From Deltaproteobacteria bacterium (lineage in GTDB: Bacteria; Myxococcota_A; Polyangia; Polyangiales; Houyiibacteriaceae), in the NCBI GenBank assembly GCA_034670305.1, contig JAXMNT010000024.1, forward strand, positions 32,001 to 96,000: a stretch of 64,000 bases of DNA, written 5' to 3'. Below, in pieces: positions 30,241 through 40,744 of this stretch. The notes under the pieces are model-generated. The model was given only the letters and a program-made list of their open reading frames with translations, was not told where the DNA came from and made no database searches. Within the stretch, counting starts at the first letter, position 1; each line of letters opens with the position of its first letter. The translations under genes were made by a program, and so were the position numbers.

Positions 30241-31335
30241 CTACAAACCCTGGTCGCGGAGCCAGGTGACGTACTCCGCGTAGAAGTCGAGGTGGTCCCA
30301 GCGGTTGAACCCGCCGGGTTCGTCGCCAAAAAGCTGTCCGACTTGGTCGAGGTGGTCGGCGGGAATGCATCCGAGGAACCGCCCCCACTTCGCGCTCGAG
30401 ACCCGGACCACCCCATCGTTGGGCTCCGGGTCGCCGAAGCCGCCGTCGAAGAGGGCCTCGGCCACCGCGAAGAGCGGGTCGATCGGATCGCGCTCGGCGG
30501 CCCAGCGCGAGATGAACGGGGGCGCGTCGCCGTCGGGCCGGCACATGCGGAACGCGAGGTTCAGATCCGAGCGTCCCGCGATCGAGTAGTAGGGGATGCC
30601 CTCGACGTCTGGGTACCGTTCGTTGAAGGCGGCGGCGCCCTCGAAGCTGAGATCCTGCATGGACCGGAAGATGTCCGAGTCCTCGTCGAGCTCGTCCCAG
30701 AGCACGCCGCCGACGAGCTGAAGCAGTTCGTTCACGGCGTCGCGCAGGCGGGGGTCTTCCGCAGCTGCGTTCACGAGGTCGAGCAGCGGCGTGCCGAAGT
30801 GCGGGGTGGAGATGGTGGAGACCGACGCGACGAGATCAGGCCGCGTGTGGGCGACGTAGCGCACGTCGAGTCCGCCTTGGGAGTGACCGATGAGGTTCAC
30901 CTTCGCGCGACCGGTCTCGGCCAAGATCATCTCGACGTGCGCGAGGAGCTCCTCCCCGCGGTGCTCCGAGCCGTTGAAGGGGTCGACCGCGGGCGTGAAG
31001 ACCTCGGTTTCGCCGAGTTCGGTCTCGAGGTGCGCCGGGACGCCGTAGAAGTAGTCGGTGATGTCCCACGCGCCGACCGCGAGGGTCTCGAACCCAAAGA
31101 AGCCATGCGCCAGCACGATGGGGTAGGGCGCGCCCAGCGGTTCGGGCGCCGCGTCTTCCGCGGCATCCATCTCGCCCGCGTCGGGCTGGAGAAGTGCGTC
31201 GGATCCGGCATCGGCGATCATCGCGTCGACCGGGCGTGCGTCGGACGCACCGGCGTCCTCGAACGGGGTCGTGTCCGAACCACCGCATGCGCAGAGAAGC
31301 GCGAAGGCCGCGCCGAAACCCAATCGAATACTCAC
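30241..31335 (-). CDS. Triacylglycerol lipase-like alpha/beta hydrolase lipoprotein
   Basis: Lipobox LLCAC; YPIVLAHG, LIGHSQGG, TPHFG, NDGVV, DHLDQVG. Confidence 0.9.
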   Translation of the reverse strand: MSIRLGFGAAFALLCACGGSDTTPFEDAGASDARPVDAMIADAGSDALLQPDAGEMDAAEDAAPEPLGAPYPIVLAHGFFGFETLAVGAWDITDYFYGVPAHLETELGETEVFTPAVDPFNGSEHRGEELLAHVEMILAETGRAKVNLIGHSQGGLDVRYVAHTRPDLVASVSTISTPHFGTPLLDLVNAAAEDPRLRDAVNELLQLVGGVLWDELDEDSDIFRSMQDLSFEGAAAFNERYPDVEGIPYYSIAGRSDLNLAFRMCRPDGDAPPFISRWAAERDPIDPLFAVAEALFDGGFGDPEPNDGVVRVSSAKWGRFLGCIPADHLDQVGQLFGDEPGGFNRWDHLDFYAEYVTWLRDQGL

Positions 31336-31432
31336 CAGGACACCCCAGTCTGAACGCACGTGGTCGGACTCCACTCCGACGCCGAGCGCGTGAACACCAT
31401 ACGCCAAAACGGGAAAAATGCCCGTGCGTGAA

Positions 31433-31650
31433 GCCCTTGCCCTTGCCCTTGCCCCTGCCCTTGCCCTCCCGAATCCGAAGCCGAAGCCGAAGCCGCGGCG
31501 ACGCCGATCCCGAAGCGAATCCGATCCCGAATCCGAAGCCGAATCCGAAGCCGAATCCGAAGCCGAAGCCGAATCCGAATCCGAAGCCGAATCCGAAGCC
31601 GATCCCGAAGCCGATCCCGAAGCCGATCCCGAAGCCGCTGCCGCTGCCGC
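31433..31650. repeat. Intergenic hexamer array D: (GCCCTT)n then (GCCGAA/TCCGAA)n
   Basis: Same arrangement as array A. Confidence 0.9.
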
Positions 31651-31734
31651 TTTCCTTGCCTCCCCTACCAACGCGAAGAGCCGACCGCAGGTTGTGTGTG
31701 CGGTCGGCTGATCACGGTCGTTGGACGCGGCGCC

Positions 31735-34140
31735 TTACTCGGCGGTGGCTTCTTCTTCTTCGGTCGAGGGCACGGTGAACTGGACACCGGGCGCTGCGAT
31801 GGGGGTGGTGGAGCGGCGGTTGGACATGCCGAGGAAGCCGCCGCCGCCGCCGATGGGCGTGGAGCCGGCGCAGGAGACGTTGCCGGCGGCGTGGAGGGCG
31901 CAGCAGAAGTTCCAGCCGCAGCCGGCTTCGACGATGTTGCCGAAGGCGGCGACGGCCGGATCGTTGTCGCGCAGCCATTCCCACGGCGCGGTCACGTCGT
32001 CGGTCTCGGACTCGTTGTGGCCCGTCTGACCGAAGTCGTTCGCGCCCCAGCAGCGCATGGTGCCGTCTCGCAGGGGCGCGCAGGAGGAGTCCGCGATGTT
32101 GCCGAGCGAGGCGACGTTGCGCAGTCCGCGCACCGCGACGGGCGAGGTGGCGTTGTTGTCGCGGCCGGTCTTGCCGTCGCCGATCTGTCCGTCTTCGTTC
32201 GAGCCCCAGCACATGACCGTGCCGCCGCGGCGAAGCGCGCAGGCGTTGTAGCTCGCGCCGCCGATGTCGGTGGCGTCGGTGATGCCCGAGACCTGGACGG
32301 GCGTGGGCGAGGAGTCGGTCGCGCCGTTGCCGATCTGACCGTAGCTGCCGGAGCCCCAGCAGAAGACCTTGCCCTCGTTGTTGCGGGCGCAGAGCGACGA
32401 GGTGCCGATGGTGATCTCTTCGATGCCGGTGAAGTCCGGGATGCGCGCCGGCTCCATCGTGGCTTCGCCGCGGGAGCCGCGACCGAGCTCGCCGCCGTTG
32501 TTGTTGCCCCAGCAGGAGACGCCGTCGTCGGCATGCACGACGCAGCCGACCATGCCGTAGGCGGTGCCGCCGACCGCCACGTACTTCGCGTCGGTGATGC
32601 CCTCGATCGGGATCGGGAGGCTCGTGGAGAGTCGGCCGGAGAGGTTGCCCCAGCAGGCGACCTGCCCGTTCTTGCGGAGCGCGCAGGTGCGTCCGAGACC
32701 GGTCGCGACCTGTACCGCGTCGGTGATGCCGTCGACGGGGGTGCCGCCGGTCGAGGGGTTCGGGCGGCTCGAGCCGGTGCCGAGCCGTCCTTCGGACCCT
32801 TCGCCGAAGCAGTAGACGCGGCCGTCCTGGATGCCGCAGACCTGGTGGCTGCCCACCGCGAAGTGCAACGCGTATTCGAGGTCGCCTTCGCCCGCCGCGA
32901 AGGTTGCGCGGGTGCTGGGCGTGGCTTCGAGCGCCGCGATGTTCGCGATGACCTCACCGGCCTCGTGGAGCGAGTGCGGGTCGCCGTTGCCGAGCCGTCC
33001 GTCGCCGGCGGTGCCCCAGCAGATGAGCTTCTGCTCGGCGGTGATCGCACAGGCGTGGGTGTCGCCGGTCTGGATGCGCGCGGCGCCGGCCAATCCGGTG
33101 ACCGCGGTCGGCGTCGGGATGTTGCCCTCTTCCGAACCGACGGCGAGGAGCTTCGCGGTGTAGTTGTTGTAGCCCCAGCACTTCACTTCGCCGGTGGCCA
33201 AGAGCGCGCAGCTGCGGCGGGTGCCGAGTGCGAGCTGGCTGACGCCGGTCAACGCGGGCACGGCGACCGGTGCGGTGGCCTTCTTGCCGGAGCCCTCTTC
33301 GCCGTTGCCGAGCTGGCCGGCGTCGTTCTGACCCCAGCAGTGCACGCCCGCGGCGGTGAGCGCGCAGGTGTGGTTGCCACCCGCGGCGACCTGGGTGACG
33401 CCGGTGAGTCCGGCGGCTTCGACCGGGGTGTTGGAGTTGCGCGAGGTCTCGCCGCCGCTGCCGAGCTGACCCTGGGAACCGCCGCCCCAGCAGCTGACCT
33501 GGCCACCGGTGCGGTGGGCGCAGGCGTGTCCGCGGCCGGCGCTGATCGACGCGGCGTCCGCGAGGGCTTGCACGGCGACCGGCGACGTGGAGTCGTTGGT
33601 GCTGCCGTTGCCGAGCTGTCCTTCGTTGTTGCGGCCCCAGCACTGCACGGCGGTGCCGATCCGGGCGCACGTGAAGCTGTGACCGGCCTGGACCTCGTCC
33701 ACGCCGCTCAGACCCGCGACGGCGACCGGCACGTGCGTGACGTCCGTGTTCCCCGAACCGAGCTGGCCGTAGTTGTTGTTGCCCCAGCAGGACACGGAGC
33801 CATCGCGGCGAAGTGCGCAGGTGTGCGCGTTGCCGCAGGTGATCGCCTTGGCGTCGGTCAGGCCCGACACGGGCACCCAGTTCCACCGGGTCTGCCCCGT
33901 GCTGTCACCGAGTTCGCCGTCGAGGTTGCGCCCGGCGCAGACCACTTCCCCGCTCGCCTTCATCACGCAGGTGTGACGAGCGGCCGCACAGACCTGGGGT
34001 TCGATCGGGGGAGGGGCCGCTTCGGTGGGCGTGCCGGTCGTGCCCTCTGTGCTTTCGGTGCCCTCGGGCGCCGCTTCTTCTCCACCACATGCCACGCCCA
34101 ACAGCGACAGCACCACGATCGTCATCCACGTCATTCTCAT
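31735..34140 (-). CDS. RCC1/BLIP-II repeat lipoprotein (probably two beta-propellers)
   Basis: Lipobox LLGVAC; about 14 repeats of HTCA...G.V.CWG.N..GQLG. Confidence 0.9.
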   Translation of the reverse strand: MRMTWMTIVVLSLLGVACGGEEAAPEGTESTEGTTGTPTEAAPPPIEPQVCAAARHTCVMKASGEVVCAGRNLDGELGDSTGQTRWNWVPVSGLTDAKAITCGNAHTCALRRDGSVSCWGNNNYGQLGSGNTDVTHVPVAVAGLSGVDEVQAGHSFTCARIGTAVQCWGRNNEGQLGNGSTNDSTSPVAVQALADAASISAGRGHACAHRTGGQVSCWGGGSQGQLGSGGETSRNSNTPVEAAGLTGVTQVAAGGNHTCALTAAGVHCWGQNDAGQLGNGEEGSGKKATAPVAVPALTGVSQLALGTRRSCALLATGEVKCWGYNNYTAKLLAVGSEEGNIPTPTAVTGLAGAARIQTGDTHACAITAEQKLICWGTAGDGRLGNGDPHSLHEAGEVIANIAALEATPSTRATFAAGEGDLEYALHFAVGSHQVCGIQDGRVYCFGEGSEGRLGTGSSRPNPSTGGTPVDGITDAVQVATGLGRTCALRKNGQVACWGNLSGRLSTSLPIPIEGITDAKYVAVGGTAYGMVGCVVHADDGVSCWGNNNGGELGRGSRGEATMEPARIPDFTGIEEITIGTSSLCARNNEGKVFCWGSGSYGQIGNGATDSSPTPVQVSGITDATDIGGASYNACALRRGGTVMCWGSNEDGQIGDGKTGRDNNATSPVAVRGLRNVASLGNIADSSCAPLRDGTMRCWGANDFGQTGHNESETDDVTAPWEWLRDNDPAVAAFGNIVEAGCGWNFCCALHAAGNVSCAGSTPIGGGGGFLGMSNRRSTTPIAAPGVQFTVPSTEEEEATAE

Positions 34141-34302
34141 CTTGGAAGTCCCCTTTGCGAGGCCACCCAGGCCCCAAGCGGCGCTTGTAGAACGTGGTTC
34201 AGTTTTACGGAAGCACCATTTCTCCGTCGTCGAAGCAGCCCGCCGGGACACGAGGTGCGGGTGTGGGCAGTTTCGGAGGTCGCGTGATAAGGGAGGCGCA
34301 AG

Positions 34303-36978
34303 ATGGCCGACGAAGACGAGACCGCGCGATACACACCCGCTGACATCGAACCGCGCTGGCAGGCGTTCTGGGCGAAAGACGACACCTTCCGCACCCCGGA
34401 GTCGCCGGGCGACAAGCGCCTCTACCTGCTGGACATGTTTCCTTACCCGTCCGGCAACGGACTGCACGTCGGTCACCCGCTCGGCTACACCGCGACCGAC
34501 ATCCTCGCGCGCGCCAAACGCGCCCAGGGCTACGACGTGCTCCACCCGATGGGATTCGATGCGTTCGGTCTGCCGGCCGAGCAGCACGCGGTGAAGACCG
34601 GCACCCATCCGGCCAAGAAGACCGCGGAGAACGTCGCGGTGTTTCGGGCGCAGCTCAAGGCGCTGGGCTTCAGCTACGACTGGTCCCGCGAGGTCAACAC
34701 CACCGATCCGAAGTACGTGCGCTGGACGCAGTGGATCTTCCTCGAGCTCTTCAAGCGGGGACTGGCGTACCAGTCGGAGGTGCGGGTGAACTGGTGTCCC
34801 GCGCTCGGCACGGTGCTGGCGAACGAAGAGGTGATCGACGGACGCAGCGAGCGTGGCAACCACCCGGTGGAGCGCCGCGCGATTCGCCAGTGGGTGTTGA
34901 AGATCACCGAGTACGCGGACCGTTTGCTCGACGGCCTCGACGACGTCGACTGGCCGACCTCGACCCGCACGATGCAGCAGGAGTGGATCGGCAAGAGCCA
35001 GGGCGCCGAGGTCGCGTTTCAAGCGGACACCCCCGATGGACCGCAGCCCCTGCTCGTCTACACGACGCGCCCGGACACGCTCTTCGGCGCGACGTTCATG
35101 GTGCTCGCGCCGGAACACCCGATGGTGCAGACGCTGACCACCGAGGCGCAGCGCGCAGCGGTCGAGGCCTACGTCGAGCAAGCGAAGCACAAGAGCGACG
35201 TCGACCGGCAGAAGACGAAGACCGGCGTGTTCACCGGCGGCTTCGCCGAGAACCCGGTGACCGGCACCAAGGTGCCGGTCTGGATCGCCGACTACGTGCT
35301 CTGGGGCTACGGGACGGGGGCCATCATGGCGGTGCCGGCACACGACCAGCGCGACCTCGAGTTCGCGCGCACCTACGATCTTCCGGTCGTCGAAGTCGTG
35401 AGCGCGGATGGCACCCCGAGCGGCGAGATCGAGACCGCGGTGGCGGACGCGGGCATCGCGCTGAACAGCGGCAAGTACGACGGTCAGAAGACCGAGGACA
35501 TGAAGAAGGCGATCATCGCCGACCTCGAAGCGGCCGGACAGGGCAACGGACGCACCCAGTACAAACTCCGCGACTGGATCTTCAGCCGCCAGCGCTACTG
35601 GGGCGAGCCGATCCCGATCTATTTTCCGGTCACCCTCTCAGAGGGCGTCACCGATCCGAGGAAGGGCGAGGAGGGCGTCGACTTCGTGGTGGACTACGAC
35701 GGAGCCATCGCGGTGGAGGCGGATGCGCTCCCGGTCGAACTTCCGGAACTGGACGACTACCGGCCCGGTGAGGATCCGCGCGGCGTGCTCGCCCGAGTGC
35801 AGGACTGGCGGCTCTTCGAACGCGACGGACAGTGGTTCGCGCGCGAGACGAACACGATGCCGCAGTGGGCCGGTTCCTGCTGGTACTACCTGCGCTACTG
35901 CGACCCGCACAACGACCAGCTCGCCTGGTCGGAAGAAGCGGCCTCGCGCTGGCTGCCGGTGGATCTCTACGTAGGCGGCGCCGAACACGCGGTGCTCCAT
36001 CTGCTCTACGCGCGCTTCTGGCACATGGTGCTCTACGACGCGGGCTACATCCCGAAGCACGCGCCCGAGCCGTTCGCGAAGCTCGTACACCAGGGCATGC
36101 TGCTCGGTGAAGTCGAGATCTACGGATACGAGGGCGCCGACGGACCGGTGGCGCTGGAGTTCGTCCAGGAGACCGACGACGGCGTGTTCGTCGATGGCCG
36201 CGATCAGTCTCCGCTCACCCGCAAGGCGCTCAGCGAAGCCGACGTGCAGAAGAAGGGAAGCGCGCTGTCGTGGAAGGGCACGGACGTGCCGGTGCTCGCC
36301 AAGGCGTTCAAGATGAGCAAGTCGCGTGGCAACGTGATCAACCCGGACGACATCATCCGGGAACACGGCGCCGATGCCCTGCGCGTCTACGAGATGTTCA
36401 TGGGGCCGCTCGAGGCCACGAAACCCTGGAACACCGCGAACATCGCGGGCGTCAGCCGCTTTCTCGAACGGGCGTGGCGGCTCGCCTCGCAGGCCGAGGA
36501 CGTGCCGTGCGACGACGCGCTGGAGAAGTCGACGCACAAGTGCATCGACAAGGTCACCGGCGACATCGAACACATGCGCTTCAATACCGCCATCAGCGCC
36601 ATGATGGTGCTCTCGAGCGAGCTCGCGAAACAAAAGCCTCCGCCCAAGTCGGGCGTGTCGCGGCTCGCGCAGCTGCTGCATCCGTTCGCGCCGCACCTCG
36701 GCGAAGAGATGTGGCATCTGCTCGGCCACGAAGGGTCCATTCAGCGCGCGCCGTGGCCCGTCGCCGATCCGGAGAAGTTGATCGACTCGGAGGTCGAAGT
36801 GCCGGTCCAGGTCAACGGCAAGAAGCGAGGGGTCGTGCACTTGTCGCCGGACGCCGACGAAGCGACTGCACTCGCGGCGGCGAAAGAGGTGCCCAACGTC
36901 GCGGAGCTTCTCGAGGGCAAGACACTGCGCAAGACCATCTGGGTCCCCGGACGGATCCTGAACCTGATCGTCGGCTAG
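34303..36978 (+). CDS. leuS: Leucine-tRNA ligase
   Basis: MFPYPSGNGLHVGH, YTTRPDTLFG, GTGAIMAVPAHDQRD, SRQRYWG, KMSKS, VQVNGK. Confidence 0.98.
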   Translation: MADEDETARYTPADIEPRWQAFWAKDDTFRTPESPGDKRLYLLDMFPYPSGNGLHVGHPLGYTATDILARAKRAQGYDVLHPMGFDAFGLPAEQHAVKTGTHPAKKTAENVAVFRAQLKALGFSYDWSREVNTTDPKYVRWTQWIFLELFKRGLAYQSEVRVNWCPALGTVLANEEVIDGRSERGNHPVERRAIRQWVLKITEYADRLLDGLDDVDWPTSTRTMQQEWIGKSQGAEVAFQADTPDGPQPLLVYTTRPDTLFGATFMVLAPEHPMVQTLTTEAQRAAVEAYVEQAKHKSDVDRQKTKTGVFTGGFAENPVTGTKVPVWIADYVLWGYGTGAIMAVPAHDQRDLEFARTYDLPVVEVVSADGTPSGEIETAVADAGIALNSGKYDGQKTEDMKKAIIADLEAAGQGNGRTQYKLRDWIFSRQRYWGEPIPIYFPVTLSEGVTDPRKGEEGVDFVVDYDGAIAVEADALPVELPELDDYRPGEDPRGVLARVQDWRLFERDGQWFARETNTMPQWAGSCWYYLRYCDPHNDQLAWSEEAASRWLPVDLYVGGAEHAVLHLLYARFWHMVLYDAGYIPKHAPEPFAKLVHQGMLLGEVEIYGYEGADGPVALEFVQETDDGVFVDGRDQSPLTRKALSEADVQKKGSALSWKGTDVPVLAKAFKMSKSRGNVINPDDIIREHGADALRVYEMFMGPLEATKPWNTANIAGVSRFLERAWRLASQAEDVPCDDALEKSTHKCIDKVTGDIEHMRFNTAISAMMVLSSELAKQKPPPKSGVSRLAQLLHPFAPHLGEEMWHLLGHEGSIQRAPWPVADPEKLIDSEVEVPVQVNGKKRGVVHLSPDADEATALAAAKEVPNVAELLEGKTLRKTIWVPGRILNLIVG

Positions 36979-36983
36979 AGGAC

Positions 36984-38171
36984 GTGGCTCGGTCGGTCAC
37001 GCGCGCGTTCGCTCGCACCGGAGTGCTTCTGGCGTTCTGGATGGGCGCGGTCCCGGTGCATGCCTGGCACGTCCTGCCTCCAGGCGCGGATGGGTGGCGC
37101 GGGCGTGAGGCCATCCGCGGCGTGACGATCGGCCCCATCGAGTCCATTCAACAACCCGGCCGTGGCTACGGGAGCGAAGCCTCGGGGCGGCTCTTGGATC
37201 ACTTGGCGGCGATGGGTGCGAACTGGGTCTCGCTGACGCCCTTCGGCCGGGTGTGGGGACTCGAGGACACCCAGATCCAGATGGACTTCGAGGCGCCGTA
37301 CGAGACGAACCGGCAGGACGTGCGGCGCATGATCGAGATGGCGCATGCGCGCGGCCTCAAGGTGCTGCTGATCCCACACCTCTGGGTCGAGACCGAAGGC
37401 TGGCGCGGCGAGATGGCGCCGACCGATTGGGAGACCTACCAACAGAGCTACCGGGCATTCGTGATGGCCTGGGCGCGCGACGCGGCCGCGGCCGGCGCCG
37501 ATGGGTTCAGCATCGGCGTCGAGTGCAAGAGTTGGTCGGGGCGGTTCGGACGCTACTGGCGTTCGCTCATCGACGAAGTCCGGTCGGTGTTCCCCGGAAT
37601 GCTCACGTACAGCAGCAACTGGGACGAAGCGGAAGATGTGCTCTTCTGGGATCAGCTGGATCTCATCGGCATCAACGCGTTCTACCCGCTGCACCACGAA
37701 GACGACGCGAGCGACGAAGCCTACGCAGCCGGCGCGCGTGCGATCGTGCCGAGCGTCGAGGCGCTGGCGGAGACGCTTCAGATGCCCGTGCTCTTCGTCG
37801 AAGTCGGCTACACGACACGCGCCAACGCGGCGGTGCAGCCATGGCTGTGGCCGGACGGCATGGAAGGCGTCGTCGTCGACGAGCGCGAGCAGGCGAGGGC
37901 GCTTGCCGCGAGCTTCGATGCGTTTCTGGAACACGAGTGGTTCGCGGGCTTCTTCCTGTGGCGCTACTACGCGACGCTCGAAGACATCTCCCAGGAGAAC
38001 ATTTGGGGCTTCTCGCCCCATGCGAAGATCGCCGAACCGATGCTGATCGAGGTGTTCGACGCCCAGTTCGGGGTCGAGACGCTTCGGTGGCCGTGGGACC
38101 CCGAGTTCGAGGGCCCCTGGCAATCCGAGCCGCTGCTCTCGCCGGCCCCGTCGCTGGCGGAGTGGCGCTGA
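36984..38171 (+). CDS. GH113-like TIM-barrel glycoside hydrolase, exported
   Basis: LKVLLIPHLW, WRG, FSIGVEC, TYSSNWD, GINAFYPL, PVLFVEVGY. Confidence 0.75.
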   Translation: MARSVTRAFARTGVLLAFWMGAVPVHAWHVLPPGADGWRGREAIRGVTIGPIESIQQPGRGYGSEASGRLLDHLAAMGANWVSLTPFGRVWGLEDTQIQMDFEAPYETNRQDVRRMIEMAHARGLKVLLIPHLWVETEGWRGEMAPTDWETYQQSYRAFVMAWARDAAAAGADGFSIGVECKSWSGRFGRYWRSLIDEVRSVFPGMLTYSSNWDEAEDVLFWDQLDLIGINAFYPLHHEDDASDEAYAAGARAIVPSVEALAETLQMPVLFVEVGYTTRANAAVQPWLWPDGMEGVVVDEREQARALAASFDAFLEHEWFAGFFLWRYYATLEDISQENIWGFSPHAKIAEPMLIEVFDAQFGVETLRWPWDPEFEGPWQSEPLLSPAPSLAEWR

Positions 38172-38234
38172 CACCTTCGGTGCCCGGTCATCCCGGTGGT
38201 GTGCCCCATCGCCGCCTGCCCGCTGAGCGTCGCG

Positions 38235-38286
38235 GTGTTCCGCGCAGTGTTCCGCGCAGTGTTCCGCGCAGTCTTCCGCGCAGTGT
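38235..38286. repeat. 12-bp tandem repeat GTGTTCCGCGCA x4
   Basis: Three exact units and one with a single mismatch, upstream of the metalloprotease. Confidence 0.85.
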
Positions 38287-38384
38287 GCCTGGTCTCATTG
38301 GCCGCTTCCCGCACCCGTAGTATCAGTGCGGGGTGTGGTGACGAACGTCCGGTGTGTGGTCGGACGCAGAGGATGGTGTGTGTG

Positions 38385-40607
38385 ATGCTTGATCGTAGAA
38401 CGTGCGGACGCCTCGGCGCCGCCATGTGTGCTGTGCTCGTGTTCGGAGTCGCGCCTGGTCGCGCGCAGCTCCTCGACCCGAACGAGGATGGCCTTCGACC
38501 GCCGATGCAGCGCGTGGAGACCTCCGGCGCGACGGTCCTCCGTCTGTTTCACCAGCCGGTGTCCCCTGGGGATCCGGTGGTGGCTGCGCGTGCGGTCCTC
38601 GCATCGGTCTCGGGCGCCGCGCATCTCGAGGGCATGGACCTGCGTCCCCGCCGCGTTCTGCGTGCGCATGGCGTGACCGTGGTGCGCTTCGATCGCTACG
38701 CGTTCGATCTCCCGGTTCTGTCGGCCGCCGTCAACGTGCGGTTCGATTCGCAGATGCGCGCGGAGAGTGTGATTCTGGCAGCGGGATCCGAGGCCGTGGA
38801 GCCGCCGCCGGTCGAACCGATCGAGGCGCCCCGGGCCAGCGCCGTGCGCGCCCTCGGCTGGGTGGCCGCCCGCCCGGTGGGGACCCGCCTGGTCGCGTTC
38901 GACGATGGCGAAATCGTCCGGGCCACTTGGGAGATCGAAGTCCAGGGCGCCTTGCACGAGCGGGCGTTTGTGTACTTCGACGCCCGGAGCGGAGACGAGA
39001 TCGCACGGAAGTCGATCCTTCGTCACGACCACGGCCGCGTGTGGGACCCGAACCCCGTCGCCAGCGACGACATGCCGATCGACGTCGAGCTTCAGAACCT
39101 CACGAGCAACCGTTTTCTCACCGGCCGCTACGTGCGCGCCCAGTCTTGCGACCCGGGCGGCGCCGGTTCCTGTGTGCCGACCCAGCGGGCGGTGGCGGAC
39201 GCCGAGGGGCACTGGCTCTACGATCCCGACGAACCTTCGTACGAAGACGAGTTCGTCGAGACGAACCTCTACCACCACTCCGATGTGGTCGCCGGCTACT
39301 TCCGGGACACCCACGCCTTCGAGTGGACCTGCTGCGACTCCAGCTCGATCATCGAGGCCATCGGCAACTACGTCGAGCGTGGCGGTCGCCCCTACGACAA
39401 CGCGTTCTACTCGCCGTCTGCATGCAGCCGCGACCAGTGCGCCATCATGGCGTTCGGTCAGGGCAACCGCATCGACTTCGGCTACGACGGCGACGTCGTC
39501 TACCACGAGTTCACGCACGGCATCGTGGACGTCACGGCGAACCTGGACATGTTCATCATCGATCGGGAGCTGGGCATCAGTTACGAGCCGGGCGCACTCA
39601 ACGAGGGCTACTCGGACTACTTCTCGTCCACCATCACCGGGGACCCGCAGCTCGCCGACTACGTTTCCAGTGGCGGCGGTGGCGGCGAAGCCTCGCTTCG
39701 CGATCTCTCGAGCGGACTCGTGTGTCCGGGCGATCTGTTCGGAGAGGTGCACGCGGACGGAACGATCTGGGGCGGCGCCCTCTGGACGGTCCGCGAACGC
39801 ATTGGTGCGGAGAAGGCGGACGCGGTGGCCTTTGCAGCGCTTCTGACCCTCTCACCCACCGCGACCCTCGATGAGGCCGCGACGCTCGTCGTCAGCACCG
39901 CAGAGATGCTCGATGCCCTCGACGACAGCGATCGTGCCGCGGTGACCGCGGTGATGGAAGAGCGCGGATTGCTCGGGTGCCGGCGCATCGTGCCGATCGA
40001 AGAAGGTCGGGCGCACGGCGGCTACAGCGGCGTCGAGTTCGCGACGGGCAGCCTGGGCGCGGGCGTGGTGCCGCTCCACTACTCGATCGAGATCCCGGTG
40101 GACGCGACCAGTCTCACCATTCGCATCCGCAACCTCACCCCCGCGGGCGTCTACGATCTCTACCTGAAGACCGGCTCGCCGGTGGCGTACATCGGCCCAC
40201 GCACGCCTGGGCTCATCGGCGACACCTCGTTCGAGGCGGCCCGCGTCGTCGCGCTTCGGGAGGGCACCGACTACCCGCTGCCGCGATGCCAGACGCTGTA
40301 CATGGCGCTCCGCGCAACCGACCTGAACACCGCGGGTCAGAGCATCTACACGATCGCGGCCGAGATCGAACGCAGCGGCGATCTTTCGGCCGAGTGTCCC
40401 GTGATCATGGAGGACGCCGGCATGGATCCGGACGCCGGCACCGTGGAGGACGCGGGGGTCGCAGAGGACGCCGGGACCGAGCCTCCGGCCGACGAGGGAG
40501 GCTGCGGATGCCGCATTCTCGGCGCCGGCGCGCCAGATCCGGCTTCGAGCGCGGCCGGTTTGGGACTATTCGCGCTGCTCATGTGGCGGCGCGTCAGGCG
40601 TCGCTGA
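38385..40607 (+). CDS. Secreted M4/M36-like zinc metalloprotease with MYXO-CTERM-type tail
   Basis: DNAFY, DVVYHEFTH, GALNEGYSDYF, GEVHADG; C-terminal GGCGCR, TM, RRVRRR. Confidence 0.88.
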   Translation: MLDRRTCGRLGAAMCAVLVFGVAPGRAQLLDPNEDGLRPPMQRVETSGATVLRLFHQPVSPGDPVVAARAVLASVSGAAHLEGMDLRPRRVLRAHGVTVVRFDRYAFDLPVLSAAVNVRFDSQMRAESVILAAGSEAVEPPPVEPIEAPRASAVRALGWVAARPVGTRLVAFDDGEIVRATWEIEVQGALHERAFVYFDARSGDEIARKSILRHDHGRVWDPNPVASDDMPIDVELQNLTSNRFLTGRYVRAQSCDPGGAGSCVPTQRAVADAEGHWLYDPDEPSYEDEFVETNLYHHSDVVAGYFRDTHAFEWTCCDSSSIIEAIGNYVERGGRPYDNAFYSPSACSRDQCAIMAFGQGNRIDFGYDGDVVYHEFTHGIVDVTANLDMFIIDRELGISYEPGALNEGYSDYFSSTITGDPQLADYVSSGGGGGEASLRDLSSGLVCPGDLFGEVHADGTIWGGALWTVRERIGAEKADAVAFAALLTLSPTATLDEAATLVVSTAEMLDALDDSDRAAVTAVMEERGLLGCRRIVPIEEGRAHGGYSGVEFATGSLGAGVVPLHYSIEIPVDATSLTIRIRNLTPAGVYDLYLKTGSPVAYIGPRTPGLIGDTSFEAARVVALREGTDYPLPRCQTLYMALRATDLNTAGQSIYTIAAEIERSGDLSAECPVIMEDAGMDPDAGTVEDAGVAEDAGTEPPADEGGCGCRILGAGAPDPASSAAGLGLFALLMWRRVRRR

Positions 40608-40744
40608 GTGCAATTGCTGCAAATTCGCAACATCGTGGACGAATTGGGGACGCCCCTTCAGGGATAGCGCTTGTCCTGGCGTGTCCGATTCTGGTACCAC
40701 CACAGGCTCCCGGGCACCCGCTCGGGACTCTTTCGGAGGAGTGG

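Noticed and set aside
31735-34140. Internal DNA repeats as diversity-generating retroelement template/variable repeats
   Set aside because: They are protein-level RCC1 repeats; no reverse transcriptase, and no adenine-specific variant pair was seen.
31696-34287. Long antisense ORFs (also 1159-3147, 20228-22855, 45668-48295 and others)
   Set aside because: Shadow frames of real genes, typical of high-GC DNA.
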